Part shown: positions 35,135 to 44,250 of the stretch, piece by piece
Layout of the letters: every line of letters begins with the position of its first letter
Position numbering within the stretch: the first letter of the stretch is position 1
Source of the DNA: a bacterium
GTDB lineage: Bacteria > UBA8248
Direction: 5' to 3'
Length of the DNA: 64,000 bases
NCBI GenBank assembly: GCA_965219955.1
Contig: OZ244799.1
Coordinates: 1,125,915-1,189,914 of the forward strand
Notes under the pieces: model-generated
Told to the model about the DNA's origin: nothing
Seen by the model: only the letters and a program-made list of their open reading frames with translations
The model's database searches: none
Program-made: the position numbers and the translations under genes

Positions 35135-35749
35135 ATGAAACTGGTGGTGGGCGTAACGGGCGCTTCCGGCTCGATATACGGCGTGCGGCTCATGGAGGTG
35201 TTGCACGACGCGTATCCCGAAGTGGAGACGCACCTGGTCGTCTCCAGGGCGGGCATCCGCGTCCTGACCTATGAGACGGATGCGGACATCGCCAAGCTCT
35301 CATCCTGGGCGAGCGTCGTTCATCCCGAAAGCGACATCGGGGCAAGGCCCGCGAGCGGGAGCGCGGGCTTCGACGCGATGGTGATCGCGCCCTGCTCGCT
35401 CAAGACGCTCGGGCTGATTGCCACCGGCACGGGGGATAACCTCATCTGCCGCGCGGCGGACGTGATGCTCAAGGAGCAGAAAAAACTCGTTCTCCTGCCG
35501 CGCGAGATGCCGCTCTCGGCGATTCACCTGGAGAACATGCACAAACTCGCCCTGATGGGCGTTTTCATCTTGCCGGCGTCGCCGGGCTTTTATTTCAAGC
35601 CGCAGACGATGGAGGATCTGATCGATCACGTGGTGGGCAAGACGCTCACGTGCCTGGGGCTGGAGCAGAACCTCTTCGAGCGCTGGCGGGGCCAGCACCC
35701 CGAGCGCAAGAGCCTCGCGGCGCGCCAGAATGAGGAGACGAACGGATGA
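35135..35749 (+). CDS. ubiX: UbiX-family flavin prenyltransferase
   Basis: 'MKLVVGVTGASGSIYGVRL', 'MVIAPCSLKTLG', 'LVLLPREMPLS..HLENM'. ~204 aa. Confidence 0.85.
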   Translation: MKLVVGVTGASGSIYGVRLMEVLHDAYPEVETHLVVSRAGIRVLTYETDADIAKLSSWASVVHPESDIGARPASGSAGFDAMVIAPCSLKTLGLIATGTGDNLICRAADVMLKEQKKLVLLPREMPLSAIHLENMHKLALMGVFILPASPGFYFKPQTMEDLIDHVVGKTLTCLGLEQNLFERWRGQHPERKSLAARQNEETNG

Positions 35750-35940
35750 ATGAAAAAGCAGAGACCGCGGCGCAACTCGTGCGGACGGGGCGGGATGTCT
35801 TCGGTTTGGAAGATGAAGAGCGCATCGCCGGGTTCGCCGATGAAGTGGCGGAGATGATGCAGACGCTCTCGTCCGCCTCGCTCGAGAAAACGCAGGAACC
35901 TTTCCCCCCGCTCTTCGACGCTTCTCGAGAAGAAAAATAA
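35746..35940 (+). CDS. Small acidic protein, possibly GatC/AtzG-like amidase partner (tentative)
   Basis: 64 aa, ATGA overlap with the ubiX stop. The helical acidic pattern ending 'QEPFPPLFDA' resembles the GatC-type C-terminal 'vep' region. This is inference only. Confidence 0.4.
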   Translation: MNEKAETAAQLVRTGRDVFGLEDEERIAGFADEVAEMMQTLSSASLEKTQEPFPPLFDASREEK

Positions 35941-35941
35941 A

Positions 35942-37447
35942 TTGCCGCTCGCTAGGCTCGTACTGCCTTCGTTCTATCAGGATTCCGTGAAACTCATGCG
36001 CCTGGCGCGCGAGATCGGCAAGAAACCGGGCGTCTCGGAAGTCGCGGCGCTCATGGGCACGCCCGCGAACCACGAGATCCTGCTTCAGGCGGGATTAAGC
36101 GAGGAGAACGGGGTCGACGCCGGGCCGAACGATCTGGTGCTGGCCGTGGAGGCGGATTCACGAGCGCTGGCATTCGAGGCGATCGAGGAGGCGAAAGCCT
36201 TTCTCACAGAGGCGCGGGCCGGCGGTGGCGGCGCGATTGATTTTTCGCCGTCGAGCCTGGCGGGTGCGCTCGCCGCAGCGCCCGAATCCAACCTGGCGAT
36301 GATCTCCATACCCGGCGCCTATGCCGCGAAAGAAGCCATGGACGCCCTGCGGGGCGGGCTCCACGTGTTCCTGTTCAGCGACAACGTGGCGGTGGATGAC
36401 GAGGTGGCGCTCAAGCGGCAGGCCATAGAGCGCGGTTTGCTCCTGATGGGCCCCGACTGCGGAACGGCGTACATCGGGGGCGCCGGGCTCGGTTTCACCA
36501 ACGTGGTGAAGCCGGGGCGCGTGGGCTGCATCGCCGCCTCGGGCACCGGCCTGCAAGCCGTGGCCTCTCAACTCGACGCCCTGGGTGAGGGGATATCCCA
36601 CGGCATCGGGGTGGGCGGACGCGATTTGTCCGCCGAAGTCGGCGGGCTGATGACGCTCCACGCGCTCGATTTTCTCGCCGATGATCCCGATACGGAAATC
36701 GTGGCGCTCATATCCAAGCCGCCCGACGCGGAGGTGCTACCCAGGATCGAAGAAGCGCTCGAAAACTTCAACAAGCCGCACGTCGTCTGCTTTCTGGGGG
36801 CGGAGAATCCAGACTGGGCGGAGACGCTGGAGGATGCGGGCCACGCCGTGGCGGCGACTCTGAGGGGAGAGGGCTACGAGCCTGAAGATTTCTTCGCCCA
36901 GGCGTGGCTGAAAGAGAAAATCGCCTCCCTTAAGCCGGGCGGCGCGCTCGACGGCGGGGGTGTTCTGGGGTTGTTCTCGGGCGGCACGCTCGCCCATGAG
37001 AGCTATTTGATTCTCAAGGCGTTGCTCGGCGACGTATCCTGGAACGAGGATGCGGGTCGTCACCGGATTCTCGACCTGGGCGATGATCGTTATACGGTGG
37101 GCAAGCCCCATCCCATGATCGACCCGGAATCCCGCGCGGAGATGATAGCGCAGGCGGCGACGGATGAAGGCTTGGGCGTTATTCTCTTCGACCTGATGCT
37201 GGGCAGGTCGAGCGCGCAGGACCCGGCGGGTTCTCTGGCGCGGGCGATAAAAGAGGCGAGAGGCAATGCGAGAAGACCGGTTTTCGTCGCCTCCGTGGTG
37301 GGGACGGCGGACGACCCGCAAGGTCTGGACGCGCAGGTGCGGATTCTCCAGGACACCGGCGTGGTCGTGCTTCCCTCGAACGCACAGGCGGCGCGCTTCG
37401 CCGCCGCTGTGGTCCGGCCTGGGCTACTCGAAGGCGATGGATCATGA
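35942..37447 (+). CDS. fdrA: FdrA family protein (succinyl-CoA-ligase-alpha-like)
   Basis: 'YQDSVKLMRL' N-terminus, and 'MGPDCGTAYIGGAGLGFTN...GCIAASGTGLQAV...GISHGIGVGGRDLS'. Confidence 0.8.
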   Translation: MPLARLVLPSFYQDSVKLMRLAREIGKKPGVSEVAALMGTPANHEILLQAGLSEENGVDAGPNDLVLAVEADSRALAFEAIEEAKAFLTEARAGGGGAIDFSPSSLAGALAAAPESNLAMISIPGAYAAKEAMDALRGGLHVFLFSDNVAVDDEVALKRQAIERGLLLMGPDCGTAYIGGAGLGFTNVVKPGRVGCIAASGTGLQAVASQLDALGEGISHGIGVGGRDLSAEVGGLMTLHALDFLADDPDTEIVALISKPPDAEVLPRIEEALENFNKPHVVCFLGAENPDWAETLEDAGHAVAATLRGEGYEPEDFFAQAWLKEKIASLKPGGALDGGGVLGLFSGGTLAHESYLILKALLGDVSWNEDAGRHRILDLGDDRYTVGKPHPMIDPESRAEMIAQAATDEGLGVILFDLMLGRSSAQDPAGSLARAIKEARGNARRPVFVASVVGTADDPQGLDAQVRILQDTGVVVLPSNAQAARFAAAVVRPGLLEGDGS

Positions 37448-37617
37448 AAGACTTGCGCCGGAAACCGCTTCGGGTCGTGAATCTGGGTCTCGAGATATTC
37501 GCGGATGAACTGAGAGACCAGAACGTGCCCGTGACGCAGGTGCGCTGGCGGCCGCCGGCGGGGGGAAAGCCCCATCTGCTCGAAATACTGGAGAAACTCG
37601 AAGAACTCGATAGATGA
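37444..37617 (+). CDS. 57-aa ORF resembling the C-terminal tail of FdrA proteins (split or frameshifted module; absent from the ORF track)
   Basis: ATGA overlap with the fdrA stop. 'LRVVNLGLEIFADELRDQNVPVTQVRWRPPAGGKPHLLEILEKLEEL' matches my recollection of the FdrA C-terminus (INxGL..FA..L....v..v.W.P.AGG...L..LL..L). Confidence 0.5.
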   Translation: MKDLRRKPLRVVNLGLEIFADELRDQNVPVTQVRWRPPAGGKPHLLEILEKLEELDR

Positions 37618-37653
37618 ATCATGGCGAGCAATACATAAGCAAGGGAGTGAGAA

Positions 37654-39024
37654 ATGAGTGAACCTTGGCGTTTGAGCCTCTCGGATGGACTGAGAAAAAT
37701 CGCGGAAGGCGGCTTGTCCGCTACGGAATGGACGCGTTCTCTGCTGGAGCGGATCGACGCGCTGGAAGGAAAACTCCTGGCGTGGGCGCACGTGGAGGGG
37801 GAGGGCGCGCTCGCAGAAGCCGGAGCGATTGACGAGCGCCTCGCGAGCAGTGAGGGGAACGGGCCGCTCGGGGGCGCCGCCATCGGCTATAAGGACATCG
37901 TGGACGTCGCCGGCCTGCCGCGCGAGGCGAACTCGCCGCTTCTCAAAGGCGAAATAGCGGATGGGGACGCCACGGTCACGACTCGCCTGAAAGATGCGGG
38001 CGCGATTTGCCTCGGCAAGACGGTCACCACGCAGTTCGCCACCTCCGATCCCTCGCAAACGCGGAATCCGTGGAACCTGAAGCGAAGCCCCGGCGGCTCC
38101 AGCAGCGGTTCCGCGGCGGCCGTGGCCGCCGGGATGGTTCCGGCGGCCCTGGGGAGCCAGACGGGCGGCTCGACCCTGCGGCCGGCCGCGTTTTGCGGCG
38201 TGGTGGGCCTGAAACCAACCTATGGCCGTATCCCCAGGAGCGGGCTGATCACGGTGTCCTGGAATCTGGACCACGTGGGCGTCATCACCCGGTGTTCCGA
38301 GGATGCGGCGCGCGTGCTCACGGCCATCTCGGGAGCGGACGGAATCGACGCCCAGGCGCCCGACGTCGCCGTGCCCGATTACGCCGAAGCCTCCTCGCCG
38401 ATGAAACCGGAGCGAGCGTGTTTCTGGAAAGAAGACCTCCTGCCGCACGCGAGCGAGGAGGTGGCCGGGCGAATGGAGGAGTGCGTGGCGAGCCTGAAGG
38501 CCAATGGCGTGGACGTGCAGGAAGCGAAGCTGCCGGTGGACGTGGACGAGATGCACGCGGCGCACCGCATCATCATGCGCGTGGAGGCGGCCGCCTATCA
38601 CGATAAAATGTTCCTGGAGAACCAGGACGCCTATGCTTCCCATATCCGGAAAAACATCTCGACGGGCCTCATGACGCCCGCGGTTCACTACGTGAACGCC
38701 CTGCGCTTTCGCGCGCGCTTCATTCAGCGGATGGCGGATTATTTCCGGAACTTCGACCTCGTCATCCTGCCCTCCCACGTGGAGCGTCCCCCCATTGCCG
38801 AGGAATCCACCGGAAACGCCCTGTTCAACGAGCCCTTCACGCAAATCGGTTTCCCGGCCGTCAGCCTCCCGGTAGGCCGGGGGGATGAGAATCTGCCCAT
38901 CGGGATTCAACTGGGCGGACGCCGCTTCGGCGAGGCCGCGCTTCTCTCCGCCGCACGCTGGTGTGAGGCGGAACTGGGCTGGGTCGCGGAGTTTCCCGAT
39001 GTCGAATCGGGAAGGGGCTGTTGA
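37654..39024 (+). CDS. Amidase-signature family amidase (GatA/AtzE-like)
   Basis: 'GGSSSGSAAAVAAGMVPAALGSQTGGSTLRPAAFCGVVGLKPTYGR' canonical AS signature with the Ser-cisSer-Lys context. Confidence 0.9.
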   Translation: MSEPWRLSLSDGLRKIAEGGLSATEWTRSLLERIDALEGKLLAWAHVEGEGALAEAGAIDERLASSEGNGPLGGAAIGYKDIVDVAGLPREANSPLLKGEIADGDATVTTRLKDAGAICLGKTVTTQFATSDPSQTRNPWNLKRSPGGSSSGSAAAVAAGMVPAALGSQTGGSTLRPAAFCGVVGLKPTYGRIPRSGLITVSWNLDHVGVITRCSEDAARVLTAISGADGIDAQAPDVAVPDYAEASSPMKPERACFWKEDLLPHASEEVAGRMEECVASLKANGVDVQEAKLPVDVDEMHAAHRIIMRVEAAAYHDKMFLENQDAYASHIRKNISTGLMTPAVHYVNALRFRARFIQRMADYFRNFDLVILPSHVERPPIAEESTGNALFNEPFTQIGFPAVSLPVGRGDENLPIGIQLGGRRFGEAALLSAARWCEAELGWVAEFPDVESGRGC

Positions 39025-39029
39025 AAAAG

Positions 39030-39780
39030 CCCTCACATCTCTCTCATCCTGAGTAGCGGCGGAGCCGCGTATCGAAGGTCAAACGTGATTGATGAATGAG
39101 CGATTGCTCTCGTCACGGCGCAAGATCCTGGCCCTTCGATGCAAACGCTCCTTCATCGGGGTTGTTGAAAAAATCCGAGGAGAGAGGAATCACTCCCCCT
39201 CAAGGGCTTGTTGAAAAACCCCCTCATCCCGAGTAGGCGCGCTTGCGCGCCGTATCGAGGGACGAGGGAGAGCCGGGAGCCTGGCCTGAGATTGTCGAAG
39301 GGGAGCGCCCTTCGATACGCCGCCTTCGGCGGCTACTCAGGGTGAGGCAGCGTGGTTTTGTTCGTCATTCCGGCGAAAGCCGGAATCCATTTTGACTTTT
39401 GCTTTTCGCCTTGATTCATGCTCGACAAAGCCGCAATCAAACGCCTGAACGCATCCGCCCTCATCGGCTCCGGACTCCGCATTCTCTCCCGTCCCGAGCG
39501 GGGCTGACGCCGGAATAACGATCAAAGACGAAAGGCGAAAATGGATTCCGGCTTTCGCCGGAATGACGGTGGTTTTCCCGCATTGAGGGGCTTTTTCAAC
39601 AGGCCCCTCAAGGGGGGAGTGAAATTCAAAAACTTGCGCTCAACCAAAATCGCTCCACGGAACTTTTTCAACAGCCCCTCATCAGTCGCGTTTGACCTCC
39701 GGCGGCTACTCAGGGTGAAGAAAGAGACGTTGGCGATTTCCAGGGGGGGATCCATACGGTGTTTTTTCAACAACCTCGGT
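39030..39780. repeat. Intergenic mosaic repeat block including a variant MITE-like element (39364-39567)
   Basis: Within the gene-free tract 39025-39957. Contains 'ctcatcctgagtagcggcggagccgcgtatcgaagg', three GTTGAAAAA hairpins, and a long inverted repeat at 39225-39350. Also a TIR-bounded element with different internal sequence and two 'tttttcaacag...' modules. Confidence 0.85.
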
Positions 39781-39957
39781 AAGCTGAGCCGTCCTCGGCG
39801 CTATCGCGTGTCAGGCTTTGTTTTTCATCGTAAGGCCGTGAGGTTTCTTGCTTTTTGTCCTGCGGTGTGGTTTAAGGTTTTGTCATACGGATATTTTTAA
39901 TTCCAGGGGTGGTTGCGAGGCTGAGAAGGCGGGACTATTTCATTCATTTTCCCTCCC

Positions 39958-40476
39958 ATGCCCCTGCCGATGATGAACCGGGTTTTTATGTTCAAGACGA
40001 CGAAAATAGGGCACGTTGGGTTCTGGACCAAAGACCTGGACCGGATGCAGGATTTCTACACCCGCGTGCTGGGCTTCAAGGTAACGAGCAGGAGCGGACC
40101 GGGAGCGAAAGTACCCGGCGGGGCTTCGGTATTTTTACGGTGCGACGTCACCCATCATGAGGTCGTTTTCTTCCAGTCCCCGGAGGATGCCCCGGGGCTG
40201 TACCCCGCATCGGGCAATTCCATGGCGGAGGCCAAGCCGGGATTTCAGCACGTCGCTTTCGAGTTGCCGGACAGGGGAGAGTGGCTCAAGGCGCTTCGGC
40301 ACCTGAAAGAGTGCGGCGTCAGGATCGAATACGGTCCCCTGGTCCACGGCCCCGAGGGAGACGGGTTCGAGGCGGGCAGCGGGAACCGCGCTTTTTATTT
40401 CTGCGACCCGGACGGGAACTACATCGAGTTGTATTGCGACATCGACACGTTTCACGAAGAAGAGGAGAATTCCTGA
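39958..40476 (+). CDS. VOC family protein (glyoxalase/extradiol dioxygenase fold)
   Basis: 'IGHVGFWTKDLDRMQDFYTRVLGFKV', 'HHEVVF', 'FQHVAFEL', 'FYFCDPDGNYIELY'. The start codon is uncertain (39958, 39970 or 39988). Confidence 0.8.
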   Translation: MPLPMMNRVFMFKTTKIGHVGFWTKDLDRMQDFYTRVLGFKVTSRSGPGAKVPGGASVFLRCDVTHHEVVFFQSPEDAPGLYPASGNSMAEAKPGFQHVAFELPDRGEWLKALRHLKECGVRIEYGPLVHGPEGDGFEAGSGNRAFYFCDPDGNYIELYCDIDTFHEEEENS

Positions 40477-40548
40477 TTCTCGTATTTGAGTAAGTATTCC
40501 GGGAATCGTTTTTTCGTGGCATCACTATTCACCAAGGAGGAGAAACAG

Positions 40549-41526
40549 ATGAAGTACATGAAAAACGCTGCGATTGCAGCAGTCGCGTTCACGCTGGCGG
40601 TCGGCCTGTCGTTCTCGAGCGCCGAAGCCGCACGCATCAAGACCTCGGTCGCCAGCGCCGGACCCGGCGCCGCCGCCTACGTGATCTGGGGCGGTCTCGC
40701 GGCTCTGGTGTCCAAAGAATCGAAGACCGTCGAGATGAACAACCTCACCACGCGCGGCGCGGTGGAAGACATCCGGCTGGTCGAAAACGGCAAAGCCGAG
40801 TTCGCCCTCGGCGTGGCCACGCTCGTGGATTTGGCGCTCAAGGGCAAGAAAATGTTCAAGAAGCCCTACAAGAACGTATGCGGCTTCGGACCCGGAACGG
40901 TTTCGCAGTTCCACATCGCCGTTCGGAAGGACTCGGGCATCAAGACGGTCGCCGACCTCAACGGCAAGCGCGTAAGCTTCGCGCGCCGGGGCAGCAGCAC
41001 GCACTTCATGACGCGAACCATCGTGGCGCTCGCCGGCATCAAGGTGCGCGAGGAGAACCTGAACTGGAACGTGGCGGCCGACGCCGTCAAGGACGGTCGC
41101 CTCGACGCCTTCACCATCCCGAACCCGGTTCCCTCTCCGGCCGTTCTGAAGCTGGCGACCTCGCTGCCCATTACGCTGATTCCGGTGGACGGAAAAGTAG
41201 GCGACGGCCTTCTCAAGTCGAACAAGGCCTATTTCAATACCACCATCGTCAAGAACGCCTATAACGGCGTCGACAAGCCGGTGCCCACCATCGGCTACGC
41301 CGCGTGGACCATCGTGGGCTGCAACGTGCCCAACGACGTCGTGTATGAAGTGGCGCGCATCAACTTCTCGAAGAAGGGCCGCGAGTTCCTGCTCAAAGTG
41401 CACAAGGGCTGGGCTTCGGGCTTCGTGACGGCCCCGGATCTGAAAGGGATGGCCGCCATCAACCTGAAAGCGCATCCGGGCGCAGAGCGTTACTGGAAGG
41501 AAGTCGGCTACAAACTGCCGAATTAG
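40549..41526 (+). CDS. TAXI-family TRAP transporter solute-binding protein
   Basis: Signal peptide 'MKYMKNAAIAAVAFTLAVGLSFSSAEA', 'TTRGAVEDIRLVENGKAEFAL', and C-terminal 'HPGAERYWKE'. ATG follows GGAGGAG. Confidence 0.85.
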   Translation: MKYMKNAAIAAVAFTLAVGLSFSSAEAARIKTSVASAGPGAAAYVIWGGLAALVSKESKTVEMNNLTTRGAVEDIRLVENGKAEFALGVATLVDLALKGKKMFKKPYKNVCGFGPGTVSQFHIAVRKDSGIKTVADLNGKRVSFARRGSSTHFMTRTIVALAGIKVREENLNWNVAADAVKDGRLDAFTIPNPVPSPAVLKLATSLPITLIPVDGKVGDGLLKSNKAYFNTTIVKNAYNGVDKPVPTIGYAAWTIVGCNVPNDVVYEVARINFSKKGREFLLKVHKGWASGFVTAPDLKGMAAINLKAHPGAERYWKEVGYKLPN

Positions 41527-41548
41527 TAAAAAGAATCACGCTTCTTCA

Positions 41549-41580
41549 CCGGCCGGGAGGCTTGCTCTCCTCCCGGCCGG
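41549..41580 (+). terminator. Strong 12-bp hairpin between the TRAP binding-protein and permease genes (attenuator or partial terminator)
   Basis: ccggccgggagg-cttgctct-cctcccggccgg, followed by a weak U-tract 'tatcttc'. Confidence 0.55.
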
Positions 41581-41656
41581 TATCTTCAAGCGAAGCACCC
41601 GTTCTTGTTGAGGGTGCTTCGTCGGAAATGCGGCACTTCCTTCGGGGGAACATCTA

Positions 41657-43780
41657 TTGAGTTTTCGCAGCGTCCTGGACAAAATCGGCGGCTTCCTCGG
41701 TGCGGGCCTCTCCACGACGAGGACGCTGAGTGGTCATTCCCTCTGGGCGGTGCGCGTGGTGGGCTTCATATTCGCCGCATATTTTCTCTTCGGCGCCGTG
41801 AACGGGAGCTTCACCGTCTTCGGCCCGAGAAGCATGAAACTTGCGCTGCTCGAATTTCCCTACATCCCGTACTACGGGGAGCAGTTCTCCCTGCCCATAT
41901 TCATCTGCTTTACATCCGTTCTCACCTTTATGCTCTATCCCTGCAGGGAGAATTCGCCGAAAGACAGGCCCTCGGGCTTCGACGTGATCTGGTGCGTACT
42001 GAGCTTCGTCGTGATGTGCGAGTTCATGTATTACTACGACGACCGCGGCGCCCGGGCGGGCATCGTGGAGTGGAACGACGTGGTGTTCGGCTTCGCCGCC
42101 GCATGCCTCGTCTGGGAGACGTGCCGCCGCGTGCTCGGTCTCGTCTTGCCCATCGTCGCCATCGTATTCCTGTTCTACGACTGGGCGGGGCCGATATTCC
42201 CCGGTTTGCTCTCGCACAAGGGTGCGGAGTTCGGCTACGTGATGGGCTACCTCTACAGCCAGTCGGGCATCTACGGGGTCATCACCCGCGTCTACGCGCA
42301 GGTGGTTTTCATCTTCCTGATATTCGGCGCGCTGCTGCAGGCCACGCGGGTGGGGGACGTGTTCGTCGATCTCGCCTTCGCGCTCGTGGGCCGTTTCAAG
42401 GGCGGCGCGGCGAAGGCCGCCGTCGTGTCGAGCGGCCTCGTCGGCTCCATCGTGGGAAGCGGGGCGGCGAACATCGTCATCACCGGGACCTTCACCATCC
42501 CCCTCATGAAGCGCGGGGGCTTCCGGGCCACCTACGCCGCGGCGACCGAGGCGGTGGCCAGCATCGGCGGCCATCTGATGCCGCCCATCATGGCGTCGGC
42601 CGCCTTCATCCTCGCGGCGATGACCGAGACGCCCTACTACAAGGTCGCCCTCGTGAGCCTCGTGCCGGCGCTGCTCTATTATCTTTCCGTCTTCATGTCG
42701 GTCCACTACTACGCGAGCAAGAACAACTTGCAAGGCCTCTCGAAAGAAGAGCTGCCCGATTTCTGGGGCGTGATGAAAAAGGACGGGATACTGCTCCTCC
42801 CCATCGCGCTGCTCATCATGCTCCTCATCCTTCAGTTCTCGCCGTTCTTCGCGGGCTTCTGGGCCATCGTCGCTTCGGTGGTGGTGAGCACGTTCAAGCA
42901 GAAGTGCTGGTACCTGCTGGGCGTGCAGGCGGCCGTTTTCGTCGCCAGCGTCCTCTATGGCGGCGACGCAGTGTATCTCTACGTGCTGATCGGCTGCTTC
43001 CTGTCGTGGCGGCACCAGGAGGCGCGGCGTATCATGTCCGAGATCGGCGACGCGTTCGTCACGGGCTCGGTAAATTCGCTCGTCATCGGCGCGACGGCGG
43101 GCGTCATGGGTCTCGTGCTCACCGGCGTCACGCATCCCGATCTGGCGCAGAAGATGACGGCCATCATCCTCTCCTATTCGAACAACATGCTCTGGCTGGC
43201 CGTGGCCCTGGTGGCGCTCGCAAGCTACATCCTGGGCATGGGGATGACGATCACGGCGAGCTACATCCTCATCGCCATCCTGGCGGGCCCCGCGCTCATG
43301 GACTTCGGCCTCTCGATGTTCACCGCGCACATGATCATCCTCTGGCTGAGCCAGGACGCGGCCCTCACGCCGCCCTTCGCCCTGGGCGCGTTCGTGGCGG
43401 CGGGCGTCGCGCAGTGCGATCCCATGCGGACGGGCTTCATATCCCTCAAGCTGGCGAAGCCGCTCTACGTCGTGCCGCTCCTGATGGCCTACACGCCGAT
43501 ACTCATCAACGGGCCCTGGGATCAGGTGATTCTTGTATGGGTGAGCGCGGCCCTGGGCTTCATCTGCACCTCGGCGGCCCTGGAGGGTTATTTCCTGCGC
43601 ATCCTGACGACGTTCGACCGGTGCCTGATGGGTGCGGCCGGTTGCGCCCTGTTCTGGAACGGCATGTGGTACAAGACGACGGGGCTTGCGCTGCTGATCG
43701 TCTCTGTCGTCATGCAGCTCATGAGGCCGAAGGATTTCGTGACTCCGGTGCCCGTGGAGGCGGAATCTAGCGAGAGCTAG
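41657..43780 (+). CDS. TRAP transporter fused permease (TAXI-type, DctQ-DctM fusion)
   Basis: 707-aa polytopic protein. 'GGAAKAAVVSSGLVGSIVGSGAANIVITGTFTIPLMKRGGF' is typical of this family. Confidence 0.85.
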   Translation: MSFRSVLDKIGGFLGAGLSTTRTLSGHSLWAVRVVGFIFAAYFLFGAVNGSFTVFGPRSMKLALLEFPYIPYYGEQFSLPIFICFTSVLTFMLYPCRENSPKDRPSGFDVIWCVLSFVVMCEFMYYYDDRGARAGIVEWNDVVFGFAAACLVWETCRRVLGLVLPIVAIVFLFYDWAGPIFPGLLSHKGAEFGYVMGYLYSQSGIYGVITRVYAQVVFIFLIFGALLQATRVGDVFVDLAFALVGRFKGGAAKAAVVSSGLVGSIVGSGAANIVITGTFTIPLMKRGGFRATYAAATEAVASIGGHLMPPIMASAAFILAAMTETPYYKVALVSLVPALLYYLSVFMSVHYYASKNNLQGLSKEELPDFWGVMKKDGILLLPIALLIMLLILQFSPFFAGFWAIVASVVVSTFKQKCWYLLGVQAAVFVASVLYGGDAVYLYVLIGCFLSWRHQEARRIMSEIGDAFVTGSVNSLVIGATAGVMGLVLTGVTHPDLAQKMTAIILSYSNNMLWLAVALVALASYILGMGMTITASYILIAILAGPALMDFGLSMFTAHMIILWLSQDAALTPPFALGAFVAAGVAQCDPMRTGFISLKLAKPLYVVPLLMAYTPILINGPWDQVILVWVSAALGFICTSAALEGYFLRILTTFDRCLMGAAGCALFWNGMWYKTTGLALLIVSVVMQLMRPKDFVTPVPVEAESSES

Positions 43781-43799
43781 GGCTTGGGGTTGTTGGAAG

Positions 43800-44250
43800 A
43801 GTCCCTCATTGGCCGATTCGATCTGTAGGGACAATCCCTCCTCGAGGTTGTCCTGCCCTCCGTGGTTGTCCTTTGTCGGGTATCGGACAGGCACGGAGGC
43901 TTGTCCCTACGGGCAATACGGAAGCCGCACGACGCCGTTACTTCGCAACCGCAGCGTCCGCCCGCCTTTTGGTTTTGATCGTCATTCCGGCCTTGCGCCG
44001 GAATCCATTTTTGCGCCTTTTGCCTTTTCGCTTTCTCGCTCGGACGTTTTTACGCCCGGACGGGGAGGATCGGAATCGAACGCAAAAACGAAAGGCGAAT
44101 TCTCTGGATTCCGCATCCAGACACCACGCAACAACAAGGTCATGCCAGCCCGCCAGGTGAAAAGTCAAAATGGATTCCGGCTTTCGCCGGAATGACGGGG
44201 GGAGGGTTTGCGGCTTTCGTAGGGGCGGACCTGCGTGTCCGTATATGGAC
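43800..44250. repeat. Intergenic mosaic repeat block including MITE-like element copy 2 (43981-44196)
   Basis: 'gtagggacaatccctcctcgaggttgtcc...ggacaggcacggaggcttgtccctac', a 216-bp TIR-bounded element collinear with 13395-13607, and 'gtaggggcggacctgcgtgtccg'. Confidence 0.85.

Noticed and set aside
39030-39780. Possible CRISPR array, given the dense short repeats in several intergenic tracts.
   Set aside because: There is no single direct repeat at regular spacing. The modules belong to several families, occur in both orientations and are mostly palindromic. No cas genes are present in the window.
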